DNA of 64,000 nucleotides from a virus, in the IMG/VR virus record IMGVR_UViG_3300032213_001531, positions 32,001 through 96,000 of that record; one strand, written 5' to 3'. A program made the translations under genes and the position numbers. The notes below the pieces were generated by a model. It was not told the origin of the DNA and did no database searches. It was given only the letters and a program-made list of their open reading frames with translations. The number at the start of each line of letters is the position of its first letter. The first letter of the stretch is position 1. Of the stretch, positions 1-9,461 are shown piece by piece.

Positions 1-540
1 TCTATGGATTAACAATTGTTCTTTGGTAACAAATGATGGCTCGTATAGTTTAACTCTATTATTAGGCTGAATAGCAAAGTTTCCGTCATCTCTTTGAATC
101 ACATGCCCACACTTATGTTGCCCTGGATTTTCTGAATAGCCATCATCTAAGATATTTGACTCTGGGTTATGCCAATCAAGTGTAAATAGATACTTTCCAG
201 CCACTGTTTCTTTTTCTCTATTAAGGTAAGACATTCTCATATTAGTTAAATTTTGAAACTTAGTTACAGCAATGTGTGGAGAAAAAGAATTCCATAAAAC
301 AAGATTATAGATTGGCTCTTCTGGTACTCCTGGCTTTGTGCAGAAAGCATTTATTGGCATTCTCCACCACATGCCACCATCTTCCATTAAGAAGTGAAAC
401 ATTGGGCTTCTACCCTTTACGCTTGCAACTCCAAATATGACACATGGGAAATATTTATCGTGACTGTCTTCTTGATCTCTTAAAAAGTTTCCACGAACAT
501 AGCACTCTATTGGTGGAATGTTTGCATTTAACTCTGGCAT
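1..540 (-). CDS. Conserved phage hypothetical protein, truncated at left edge (not in ORF track)
   Basis: Read manually: ATG at 540 overlaps the stop of the RuvC-like gene (TAATG); open for 180 codons, MPELNANIPPIECYVRGNFL...HKCGHVIQRDDGNFAIQPNNR, running off the window. Confidence 0.85.
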   Translation of the reverse strand, partial: MPELNANIPPIECYVRGNFLRDQEDSHDKYFPCVIFGVASVKGRSPMFHFLMEDGGMWWRMPINAFCTKPGVPEEPIYNLVLWNSFSPHIAVTKFQNLTNMRMSYLNREKETVAGKYLFTLDWHNPESNILDDGYSENPGQHKCGHVIQRDDGNFAIQPNNRVKLYEPSFVTKEQLLIHR

Positions 541-1130
541 TATTGATCAGCTCCTATTGCTTTGCCCCAATTTTTTACTGCCCAATGCCCAATACCACAA
601 GCATCGGCTACGTCATTATCAGTAATAGATTTATCATAGATAGTATTAATCATTGTAATAGTTCTTTCTTTTCTAAGATTTCTTTCATATGTTTTGTACC
701 AAGAAACAGACTTTCCTGGATTAGCAGATCTAATTAAAGCCTGCTCTTCTTTTGACATTTTCTTGTTTCCTAAATAATTTTGCCAAGTGATTGGAGAAAC
801 TTTTCCAATAATACGAATCCCAGATTGTCCTGCAGCACCAAGTAAGGCACCTTGAACTAATGCCAGATCCGCAGCAGTCTTAGGGCTATTCATAAAAACA
901 GTATGCTCAATAACAATAGCATCTACATTTACAATATGATCAAACAGTCCGATTGACTTTCTGCCAGCATCAATAACTTTTTCATAGATATCTTTGCCTT
1001 GAAAATTAATTTTTCCAAACTCTCTAAGATATCCTCCATGAAAAGTAGCATAAGCAAGGCTATTAGTACTTGCGTCAATAGCACAGACACGCTCTGGTGC
1101 TTTTGAACCTATAGCTTCTGCTAATTTCAT
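540..1130 (-). CDS. RuvC-like Holliday junction resolvase (RNase H fold)
   Basis: AIDAST..AYA, VIE and DVADACGI acidic motifs typical of RuvC. Confidence 0.8.
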   Translation of the reverse strand: MKLAEAIGSKAPERVCAIDASTNSLAYATFHGGYLREFGKINFQGKDIYEKVIDAGRKSIGLFDHIVNVDAIVIEHTVFMNSPKTAADLALVQGALLGAAGQSGIRIIGKVSPITWQNYLGNKKMSKEEQALIRSANPGKSVSWYKTYERNLRKERTITMINTIYDKSITDNDVADACGIGHWAVKNWGKAIGADQ

Positions 1131-1402
1131 CTTAACTGATCCTTAATATCTTTTAATGCTTTTAATACATCCTTGGGATTTACATTACATTTAATGCACA
1201 ACTGCTCATCATTATAAATAGACAAAGGCTCTTTACAGCTTTTGCATCTTCTGTCTTTACCTATTCGTGTTTGTCGTCGCTCAAGTACATATCGTGCTGC
1301 TATTTTTTCTTTTGTAGATTCAGTTCTACATTCCACAGAACAATATATCTGGTACTTTATTTGTGTGTTAAAGGTTTTATCACACCATTGACAATGCTTC
1401 AT
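1127..1402 (-). CDS. Cys-rich zinc-binding hypothetical protein
   Basis: CxxC, YCSxxC, CxxC, CxxC; overlaps both neighbours. Confidence 0.7.
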   Translation of the reverse strand: MKHCQWCDKTFNTQIKYQIYCSVECRTESTKEKIAARYVLERRQTRIGKDRRCKSCKEPLSIYNDEQLCIKCNVNPKDVLKALKDIKDQLR

Positions 1403-2180
1403 CTATAGGCTCCAAGGACTTTAGTTTAAAGTCTCCTTTACCAGCCTCTGCACATGCCTTTTTAATTGGACATGATTTGCAGATCTTTGAATTGGATCGG
1501 TAATTCTTTTCAGGTAGGGTTCTATCGACCCAAGCCTTACGAACTGATCTCATCCATTCAAACGTCTGGTCTACCCACCGACGATAATAATCATTTACTT
1601 CTACAGGAAGAATAAGCAACTCGTGGTTATTTTTATTTTCATAAATAAGAACTGCCTTTGCCTTCTTGAGAATCTTCATATAAATAAGAAGCTGAACTAA
1701 GTGTCCAGTCTTTGGCTTCATGTGAGCTTTGCGGTACTCAAAGCCCTCGTTCATCATAGTTTTAATTTCACCAAGGAGTTCTTCTCCCTGCCAATTTATA
1801 ATAACATCGCCATAGCCAAAAATTGGCGGGTCATTATTTACAATTTTAAATTCTGAATCAACAAGAAAGTCTGGAACGTTGCCCATTGCTTCTTGGATTC
1901 TTTCGTGAGACTTAGTTCCTGCAGTCATGTTGGCTGCACTATATGGTGTTGCATCATCTTCAAACATTTGTCCGTCAAAAGCTAAGTACCAATATCTTGG
2001 GCACTCACCATGGCCATAGGCAATTGTTGATGGAGCAAAAGTCTTTTTCTGTGTTTGCTTGTCAATACGATTTACAGTATAACCAGACTGAATCTTTTCA
2101 GTAATTCCCGCAACATCGATAGGATGAGTTGGTGGCTTGTCTTGCTTAACCATAACCTGCTGTAATAAACTTTTTGTCAT
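1380..2180 (-). CDS. Cas4-like/PD-(D/E)xK exonuclease
   Basis: N-terminal CPR, G..D...EIK, QLLIY and C-terminal CxxC-x5-C (four-Cys Fe-S pattern). Confidence 0.85.
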   Translation of the reverse strand: MTKSLLQQVMVKQDKPPTHPIDVAGITEKIQSGYTVNRIDKQTQKKTFAPSTIAYGHGECPRYWYLAFDGQMFEDDATPYSAANMTAGTKSHERIQEAMGNVPDFLVDSEFKIVNNDPPIFGYGDVIINWQGEELLGEIKTMMNEGFEYRKAHMKPKTGHLVQLLIYMKILKKAKAVLIYENKNNHELLILPVEVNDYYRRWVDQTFEWMRSVRKAWVDRTLPEKNYRSNSKICKSCPIKKACAEAGKGDFKLKSLEPIDEALSMV

Positions 2181-2217
2181 TTTTTATGCTCGTTTCTATT
2201 AGTATAAGTATAGCAGA

Positions 2218-2523
2218 TTATCGTGTTATGTATTTTAAAGCGGAGACTAAATTATTAATTGCTTCTGCTGCAGTATAATATAAATTCTTTTTGCCTCGGT
2301 CTGACTTATCTACATTAGCCATCCATGTTGCTTTCAACGCCATCTTTGCTGCGATAGCTTGAAGCCTTACAATTTCTATATGAGCAACATTGATTGGAAT
2401 GTCTGGCTTTATAATTAATTTAGCAATCATTGTTAAAGCTGTTGTTAATTCTTCATCTTCCATATAGTCAGCAATTTCTACCAAACCATTTACCATGTCT
2501 ATTGTTGTTACTTGTTGTTCCAT
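2218..2523 (-). CDS. Hypothetical helical protein
   Basis: Tightly packed ORF in operon, GGAGG RBS upstream. Confidence 0.75.
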   Translation of the reverse strand: MEQQVTTIDMVNGLVEIADYMEDEELTTALTMIAKLIIKPDIPINVAHIEIVRLQAIAAKMALKATWMANVDKSDRGKKNLYYTAAEAINNLVSALKYITR

Positions 2524-2804
2524 TATTCCTCCACTAGATCTTCTAATATGCTCATCTCAATTATAGCAAGTCTGACTTTAGAGTTACCCTCGCCTATTAC
2601 GACTACAATAGCTGGGTCTTTTCCATTCTTCATGGCATCAGTTGTGGCCTTAGCCCAAACATCTTTATTCAAGGTAAAGGACTTGCCCACTTCTTTAAAA
2701 TCTACAACAAAGTTTTTCCAAGAAGCATCTCCCTTTTGTGTATTACGACCAGAGTTCTTATGCTGTTTAGCACCTATTCTCTTGGACTCACTTTTCTCCG
2801 TCAA
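2523..2804 (-). CDS. Small PD-(D/E)xK nuclease / Holliday junction resolvase
   Basis: SG...KGD...VDFK motif; probable TTG start at 2804 (MTEKSESKRIGA). Confidence 0.7.
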   Translation of the reverse strand: MTEKSESKRIGAKQHKNSGRNTQKGDASWKNFVVDFKEVGKSFTLNKDVWAKATTDAMKNGKDPAIVVVIGEGNSKVRLAIIEMSILEDLVEE

Positions 2805-2964
2805 AGTCGCTCTTCTTTCTTTTACCAAGGTTAACCTTACTCAAATGTTTTTCTTTACACATCCAAGTTATTTCTTTTGTAATTGGATATAATCTTAATG
2901 TTGCAACCTCTGCCTTGCAAGTATGACAAAGAAATTTGCCATTATAAACTGTATAGTTAGGCAT
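2788..2964 (-). CDS. 58-aa zinc-finger-like protein (not in ORF track)
   Basis: Read manually: MPNYTVYNGKFLCHTCKAEV...WMCKEKHLSKVNLGKRKKSDFDGEK; CxxC...CxxxH; fills the gap after recA. Confidence 0.75.
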   Translation of the reverse strand: MPNYTVYNGKFLCHTCKAEVATLRLYPITKEITWMCKEKHLSKVNLGKRKKSDFDGEK

Positions 2965-3967
2965 TTAACTTATCCTTGATTGATTGTTGCAAATCAAGAT
3001 CCTCTCTTACACGATTAACAAACGCTTCTTTTCCTTGTACTTTTGATCCGTCAGGAAGAATGTACCAAGCACCTGTGCGCTCTACAATTCCATTTAATTC
3101 TGCCGTACTAACCAAATCACCAATGGTATCAAGACCAATATCATTGCCTCTAAAATAAAAATCATACTCACCATTCTGAAACCCTGGAGAGGTTTTAGAG
3201 AATTGCAATTCCCATCTAATAGTTCTACCAATTTTTTCTTCAATTAGTTTATCTCCTACTTTAATCTTTCCCTTAATTGCTTGATTGTCTGACTCTGAAG
3301 AAAAGAGCTTAATAATACATGAGGAATAAAACTTAGTAGCCTGACCACCAGAAGGCTGCTGGCTAGTATACATAGCGTTGATATTGTTACGAGACTGAGA
3401 AATAAGAACAAGCAAAGTTGGCTTAACCTTATTGTTTGCGTAATTAAGCATTTTCCATGCGTTACTAAAGTCACGAGATTCAGCTCCAATCTGTTTAGTA
3501 TTTTCCAAAGCTTTCATTTCATCAGTATCTTTTTCAAAGTAAATTGCAGGAAGCATTGACGTAATAGAATCTACTACGATTAAGTCAACACCAGCATTCA
3601 TTAATGCCACACCTACATCTACCATATCACTGATAGTTCTTGCTTGTGAATAAATAAGTTTTTCTGGGTCTACACCTAATGACCTTGCCCAATCTTCTGA
3701 GTATGACATTTCTGAATCAATCCAAGCACACAGCTTTCCTTCTGCTTGTGCTAAAGCGATCATTTGAAGGCACATAGAGGACTTTGCAGAGGACTTTGAC
3801 CCCCAGATAAGAACTTGTCTACCATAAGGAAGTCCGCCACCCAGAGCACGATTTAAGCCATAACTGGGGGTTGGTTGATATTCATAGTTAACCCCAACAC
3901 CTGTTCCAAGTTTCTTTCTTAGTTTTGGATCAAGTTGTGCCATTGCTTCTTCTATTGTTACTGTCAT
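2957..3967 (-). CDS. recA: RecA/UvsX-like recombinase
   Basis: LGGGLPYGR, variant Walker A GSKSSAKS, WIDSE, IVVDS, ISQSR, SGGQATKF, GAWY. Confidence 0.92.
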   Translation of the reverse strand: MTVTIEEAMAQLDPKLRKKLGTGVGVNYEYQPTPSYGLNRALGGGLPYGRQVLIWGSKSSAKSSMCLQMIALAQAEGKLCAWIDSEMSYSEDWARSLGVDPEKLIYSQARTISDMVDVGVALMNAGVDLIVVDSITSMLPAIYFEKDTDEMKALENTKQIGAESRDFSNAWKMLNYANNKVKPTLLVLISQSRNNINAMYTSQQPSGGQATKFYSSCIIKLFSSESDNQAIKGKIKVGDKLIEEKIGRTIRWELQFSKTSPGFQNGEYDFYFRGNDIGLDTIGDLVSTAELNGIVERTGAWYILPDGSKVQGKEAFVNRVREDLDLQQSIKDKLNA

Positions 3968-4302
3968 TAGAATCTTACTCCATGTTTCTCTGGTCTAGTT
4001 TTATTAAAATCTACTTTTTCTCTTAATGCTTGATCAAGCGAAAGCTTGGTATACCCTGCGTCAACAACTCCAGCATATAGGTCAAGTGTACGAATTAAGA
4101 TATCGGCAAACTCTTTTGTAATTTCTTCTTCACCTTTATCTTTGCGAATTGCTTCCATTACTTCTGTTACCTCAGAAACAATCATCATGAGTTGCTTTGC
4201 AATAAAGATATCATCAACATCTTCTGGCTCAGGCCAAAATCCTTTTTCAACTGCAGCTTTATGCAAATTAATTGCTAGGTTGTCAAACACATTGTCATAC
4301 AT
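3967..4302 (-). CDS. MazG-like nucleotide pyrophosphohydrolase
   Basis: SEVTEVMEAIRK...EFADILIR...NKTRPEKHG (ExxE...ExxD). Confidence 0.85.
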   Translation of the reverse strand: MYDNVFDNLAINLHKAAVEKGFWPEPEDVDDIFIAKQLMMIVSEVTEVMEAIRKDKGEEEITKEFADILIRTLDLYAGVVDAGYTKLSLDQALREKVDFNKTRPEKHGVRF

Positions 4303-7300
4303 TTATATCCTCCAAGATAACTGTTCCATCCTTAGTCTTACCAAAACTAAACTTATATACATTGCCCTCTTCAAGTTTCATGTAAGCTTTTGCAAATGTT
4401 GTAGGAAAAACAGTTACAGAGTGTAAATCTCTTGAAGAGTCTGCAAGTGTAAGCGAAGCCATTTTCTTTCCCGTTTTTGTAATCCTTGGTTTAAAAGATA
4501 CCACAAACATATCATCATCTTTATATGGAAGCATCTTGTAGTTTAAAAACTTTACAAGAGCACTGTCAGAACCTTTTATTTGGTCGACAGGGATAGCAGA
4601 AAGAATCCTATTATCATTAGCCAAAATGAGATACGATATGCCAGCTTCAATAGTGGTGTTTTCATCATCAAATATTCCTACGCTTCCTGTTTTATCTAAT
4701 AGTTCTACTCTTGACCAACCCTTTGATCTCTTAATACTTTTAATCATTCCCATCAAAATAAACGAACCCTTTTCTTCATAATCTTCAGTCTGCGTAATCC
4801 AAGCATGATAATGAGATGGCACTGAAATATTAAACTCTGGTAAGTTTAAATATTCATAAAGATTTTCTTTTATCTCGTTTTCATTTCTTGGTTGATCATT
4901 AAACGTTGCAGCACCAATAACTCGTAACGCTTGCAATGCTCTAGAATTAACTCCATTTCCTTTCGTAAACGTAAATTCTTCCAGTTGAGCATACGAATTA
5001 AAAGGCCTTGCGGAGATATACTTTTCGGCGATTTTATCAGATATAAATTTAATCCCCGACAAACCAAAACGAATACCCTTTCCTTCAATTTTAAAATCAA
5101 TATCCGAATCATTAATGTGAGGCAGCTTAATGCTAATCCCCATTCTTTTTGCTTCAATAAGGTATTCAGTGCGAGCATCTTTGTCCTTTTCATTCTTTAG
5201 TAGTGAGTACATAAACTCTAATGGATAATGATATTTTAACCACGCCGTCCAATACGAGAGCGTAGAGTAAGCAACCGCATGAGACTTGTTGAACGAGTAT
5301 CCCGCATGCGCTTCAAAGTCATGCCATAGATCACGAGCCGTATTGGGACTAACATAGGCAGAAGCACCATTGACAAACTTGTCCTTGAATACGTCAAACT
5401 CTTTAGCATCTTTTTTCTTTCCAATGATCTTTCTAACTTTATCTGCTTCCGACATGGACATACCGCCAAGCGATACGCATGCTTGCATAACTTGTTCCTG
5501 GTAAAGAATACAACCATAGGTTTCCTCCGTAAATTCTTTTAGTACTTGATGAGTATACCCAATATTTTGACGACCATGTTTGCGTTCAATATAGTCTTTT
5601 CCAATTGTATTCATTGCGCCTGGACGAACTAAAGCATTTGAAGCTGCTAGTTCTGCTAGATTCTTTACACCCATCTTAACAAGAAGATTTGTATAGGGTG
5701 CTGCTTCACACTGAAATACTCCTTTTGTATACCCGTCAGAAAGCATTTGATAAACATTAGCATCATCCATAGGAATATCTAATGGAGTAATCGTTTTACC
5801 ATCACGTTCTTTAATAATTTGAATAGCATCTTGAAGCACAGACAAAGTCTTTAATCCAAGTGCATCAATCTTAATTAAACCAATTCTCTCAGCTTCTTCC
5901 ATGTCAACCGCAACAACAGGAATGCGCTCATCACTACCAGTAGAAGACCTTGTCTCCATTGGTGCGAACCTAAAAATAGGATCTTTACTAGTGACAACGC
6001 CAGCAGCGTGAATGCCAGTACCTCTAATACGACCACGAAGTTGTTCCCCATATATTTCTACCTCTGGATATTTCTCACGGAATTCCCGTGTTGTTTTTGA
6101 AGTGCAGTATTCATCCCACGTATCTACCATCTTTAAAACTTTATTAACATCTGTTAATGGAATGTTTAATACTCGTGCAACATCTCGTACTACACCCTTA
6201 TCTTTAAATGAAAGAAATGTAGCGATAGAAGCAACATGCTTATACTGTCTAACAAGATAGTCTTTTACTTCTTCACGACGGTTGTCTTGAATATCAGTAT
6301 CAATATCTGGAAAGTCATTACGGTCTGGATTAATAAAACGGAAGAATAAAAGTCCGTGCTTAATTGGATCAATATCTGTAATGCCTAGTGTATAGCAAAG
6401 CAATGAACCTGCTGCAGAACCACGACCAGGCCCCACCATAATGCCTTCCTTTTTTGCCCAAGCAATCATACTACGAACAACCAAAAAGTAAGGTCCAAAC
6501 TTTTTATCTTTAATAATTTTTAGTTCTTCATCTAAACGATCTAAATATTCTTGGTTATCTTGTAATCCACGTTCTGCTAAACCTTCTAACGCAAGTGTCT
6601 TTAGTTCTTTGTCTGGGTTTTTATATTGTACTGGAAGAAGATCCATACCTTCTTGAATTCCATAGTCCCCAACTTTTTCAGCAATAGAAAGTGTATTAGC
6701 ATAAATATCTGGTCTGTCAATACCTTGAGCTTCCATGGCAGACTTCATTTCTTCATAAGAAAGGAGATGAATATCAAACTTGTTAAAAGTAATTTGACGA
6801 TCATGTCCGTATAGATAATCAAGTCTTTCCATCATATCTGTATGCTTTTTAGATTTTTCAAATGTATGTTCTTTGTCAATCTTTACATGTGTATTAAGCA
6901 ATAGCTTAAACTCTTGAATTTCTTTTTGATCTGTAGAACTATGATGGCAGTCTGGAGTTACGACTACTTGAACACCAAACTCATCAGCTAATGCAATTAG
7001 TTGTTTGTTAATTTCAGACTCATTGTGTGGCATTACTTCAATATAGTAATCTTCTTTAAACACACGCTTAAACCATTTAATATAATCTTTTGCTATTGCA
7101 AATTCATTATTTTCAAGTGCCTTTACAAGGACACTACTTGGGCATGCAGAGGTAACAATAATTCCTTCAGAGTACTTTTCAAGAACTTCAAAGTCAAACC
7201 TTGGCTTCTTAAAATATCCTTCTGTCCATGCAATCTCATTAATTTTATTTAAATTCTCTAAACCAATTTGGTTCTTAGCGAGAAGGACTATATGGTTGTA

Positions 7301-7567
7301 GACTAGATCAAGTTCGCCGTCTCTTTCCGACTTATCTCTTGTATCAAATCTATCAGCACACATATAGCCTTCTACACCAAGTATAGGCTTAATACCCTTC
7401 GCTTTTGCAATACGATGCAGTTCCCTATGCCCAGATAAAGTACCATGATCAGTGATGGCAATTGCTGTCATCCCTAAATCAACTGCACGGTCAACATATT
7501 CTTCTGGAGTAGCGATCCCGTCAAACAACGAGTAATGGGTATGTACGTGTAAGCCTACGTAAGACAT
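4295..7567 (-). CDS. dnaE: DNA polymerase III alpha subunit (family C)
   Basis: PHP domain HVHTHYS/TDHG, GPGRGSAAGSL, PDIDTD, HAAG, YQEQ, YSFNKSH; no intein seen. Confidence 0.96.
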   Translation of the reverse strand: MSYVGLHVHTHYSLFDGIATPEEYVDRAVDLGMTAIAITDHGTLSGHRELHRIAKAKGIKPILGVEGYMCADRFDTRDKSERDGELDLVYNHIVLLAKNQIGLENLNKINEIAWTEGYFKKPRFDFEVLEKYSEGIIVTSACPSSVLVKALENNEFAIAKDYIKWFKRVFKEDYYIEVMPHNESEINKQLIALADEFGVQVVVTPDCHHSSTDQKEIQEFKLLLNTHVKIDKEHTFEKSKKHTDMMERLDYLYGHDRQITFNKFDIHLLSYEEMKSAMEAQGIDRPDIYANTLSIAEKVGDYGIQEGMDLLPVQYKNPDKELKTLALEGLAERGLQDNQEYLDRLDEELKIIKDKKFGPYFLVVRSMIAWAKKEGIMVGPGRGSAAGSLLCYTLGITDIDPIKHGLLFFRFINPDRNDFPDIDTDIQDNRREEVKDYLVRQYKHVASIATFLSFKDKGVVRDVARVLNIPLTDVNKVLKMVDTWDEYCTSKTTREFREKYPEVEIYGEQLRGRIRGTGIHAAGVVTSKDPIFRFAPMETRSSTGSDERIPVVAVDMEEAERIGLIKIDALGLKTLSVLQDAIQIIKERDGKTITPLDIPMDDANVYQMLSDGYTKGVFQCEAAPYTNLLVKMGVKNLAELAASNALVRPGAMNTIGKDYIERKHGRQNIGYTHQVLKEFTEETYGCILYQEQVMQACVSLGGMSMSEADKVRKIIGKKKDAKEFDVFKDKFVNGASAYVSPNTARDLWHDFEAHAGYSFNKSHAVAYSTLSYWTAWLKYHYPLEFMYSLLKNEKDKDARTEYLIEAKRMGISIKLPHINDSDIDFKIEGKGIRFGLSGIKFISDKIAEKYISARPFNSYAQLEEFTFTKGNGVNSRALQALRVIGAATFNDQPRNENEIKENLYEYLNLPEFNISVPSHYHAWITQTEDYEEKGSFILMGMIKSIKRSKGWSRVELLDKTGSVGIFDDENTTIEAGISYLILANDNRILSAIPVDQIKGSDSALVKFLNYKMLPYKDDDMFVVSFKPRITKTGKKMASLTLADSSRDLHSVTVFPTTFAKAYMKLEEGNVYKFSFGKTKDGTVILEDINV

Positions 7568-7570
7568 CAA

Positions 7571-8224
7571 TTACCAGTCAATATTTGTGCTGGTAACAGA
7601 TGGAGTGTCAAACCCAAAGTAGAATGCTTCTTGCTCTGGATATGGAACTTCACGAACAACCTTTTCTAGGTTGAAGAACTCATGGTTTTCCCAATTAAAT
7701 GGCTCTGAGTCTGGCTTTGATGGAAGTAGTGTGTAATTGGTTTCAGTTCCCTGACCATTACGCTTTAGCTTCCACTCAAGATTGGAAACGCTACCTGTGT
7801 CAAGTGCGTATTCACGAATGTTGTTGAATGCCGATTGCTTTGAAATACCCTGTGACCAAACAGCAACGTATGGATCTTCTGTACCATCATTAATTAGTAC
7901 ATTGCAATAAAAACGAAGTCGTGCTCTCCAGCCTGACTTTGGTTCTTTGCGAGCCATCTCACAACCAAAGCAACGACCTTCTGCTTCTTGTGTACATGCT
8001 GCCTTGCGCTTATAATCTTTTGGATTTGTATGTTCTGCAACTACTACAGATAAGCCACGTGCTTCTGCATAGTGTGCTGAGTCCTGATCCAGTTCTTCAA
8101 CAAAACGAACCTTTGCAGATTGTCCGTCAGCTAACTTGACCCAACGAACTTTTTGTCCTGTACCTTCATATTTTGGCTTTTCGAGTAGGGCGTTGATATC
8201 TTTTAATCCCTTAATTACACTCAT
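7571..8224 (-). CDS. Single-stranded DNA-binding protein (gp32-like)
   Basis: H...C-x7-CxxC, KRNGQGTETNY, acidic/aromatic C-terminus; between primase and polymerase. Confidence 0.7.
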   Translation of the reverse strand: MSVIKGLKDINALLEKPKYEGTGQKVRWVKLADGQSAKVRFVEELDQDSAHYAEARGLSVVVAEHTNPKDYKRKAACTQEAEGRCFGCEMARKEPKSGWRARLRFYCNVLINDGTEDPYVAVWSQGISKQSAFNNIREYALDTGSVSNLEWKLKRNGQGTETNYTLLPSKPDSEPFNWENHEFFNLEKVVREVPYPEQEAFYFGFDTPSVTSTNIDW

Positions 8225-8250
8225 ATGTTTCTCCTTTTATGTTGTTTATA

Positions 8251-9195
8251 TTAGTTTAGCATAGACTGTATGGTTTTGTCAAACGAAGACTCTAAAGTCT
8301 TTATTTCATCATCTGCCATATCGCCAATGTCTTTATATTGTTTATCTAGTTTAATAACGGAAACACGAGATCCAAGTTTTTCAATTATCTTATCTTTCAT
8401 GTTTCCTCCCGCCTCATCATTATCAGCAATAACAATAATGTTATTAAAGTATTTTTGAAGCAATTCTATTTGTATGTTGGATACATTAGATCCAAGTGTT
8501 GCAACTGCTGGAAATCCAACTTGATCAAGTCTTATGGCATCAAATGATGATTCAACTACATAAACTTTATCTGCTGTTTTTATTCTATGTAAATTAAATA
8601 ATGTTTTTGCTTTAGGCAATCCTGGAGTATTCTTAAAGTCTTTTCCTTCAACAGATCTTCCAACAAAACCAACTGGCATTCCATCTGGACTATGAACTGG
8701 AACTGTTACCATATCTTGTTTGTCTGAGTAACCTAAAGAAAATTTTGACCAAGACCCAAGTTCAATTTTACGATACTTAAAATAATCTTTTGCTCTATCT
8801 GACACCAATAGATTGTTGTAAAGTCTTTTTAATATTAACTCATCAAATGGAACAAACTCTGGCTTAGCATAAAGCTGTCTATTAATTTCTTGCTCTAAGT
8901 CCATCTGAGTTTCTTTATTCTTAATAAACCTAATAGACTCAAAGTATGTTCTACCAGTAGTATGCATTACTAATTCAATAAGGTCTGCAATTTTGTGACA
9001 TGAAAAACAAAAGAAGGTTCCGTTATTTTTATCTACTTCTCCTGCAGGAGTCCGATTGTTATTATGAAATGGACAGAAAAGAATATAGTCTGAGTCAACC
9101 TCTGACTCAATGTCTAGACCTGAGCCTGTGATGACTCTTTTGATTTGTTCTTTTGTATATGTATTGCCTTGGTTCCGTCTATTCCTGATATCCAT
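8251..9195 (-). CDS. DNA primase (CHC2 zinc finger + TOPRIM)
   Basis: CPFH...CFSC, VVESSFDA, ADNDEAG, KDIGD. Confidence 0.93.
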   Translation of the reverse strand: MDIRNRRNQGNTYTKEQIKRVITGSGLDIESEVDSDYILFCPFHNNNRTPAGEVDKNNGTFFCFSCHKIADLIELVMHTTGRTYFESIRFIKNKETQMDLEQEINRQLYAKPEFVPFDELILKRLYNNLLVSDRAKDYFKYRKIELGSWSKFSLGYSDKQDMVTVPVHSPDGMPVGFVGRSVEGKDFKNTPGLPKAKTLFNLHRIKTADKVYVVESSFDAIRLDQVGFPAVATLGSNVSNIQIELLQKYFNNIIVIADNDEAGGNMKDKIIEKLGSRVSVIKLDKQYKDIGDMADDEIKTLESSFDKTIQSMLN

Positions 9196-9440
9196 TCGCT
9201 TTGTCTCTTCCCTACGTATATTCCGTGTACTGTTAGTGCAAAATAAAAACTGTTCTTCTTCTCATTATAGTCTATCGTAAAATCTGGCTCAATGTCAAAC
9301 CTTGGGACATATCCACTCATTCTCATTTCTGAGACAACAAGTCTAATATATTCAATCTTAAGTCTGCCAATAGACGATTCATCGTGGATTAATCCATCCA
9401 GATAAAACTTCTTAATAGGTTTATGGTGATAGTTTGCCAT
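9114..9440 (-). CDS. Hypothetical protein
   Basis: ORF between helicase and primase; TATAAT 5 nt upstream of ATG. Confidence 0.7.
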   Translation of the reverse strand: MANYHHKPIKKFYLDGLIHDESSIGRLKIEYIRLVVSEMRMSGYVPRFDIEPDFTIDYNEKKNSFYFALTVHGIYVGKRQSEWISGIDGTKAIHIQKNKSKESSQAQV

Positions 9441-9461
9441 ATCCTATTATAACTGCCAATC

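Noticed and set aside
4295-7567. Intein or intron in dnaE (also checked nrdJ, helicase, recA)
   Set aside because: Proteins are of ordinary length with contiguous motifs and no splice-junction signatures
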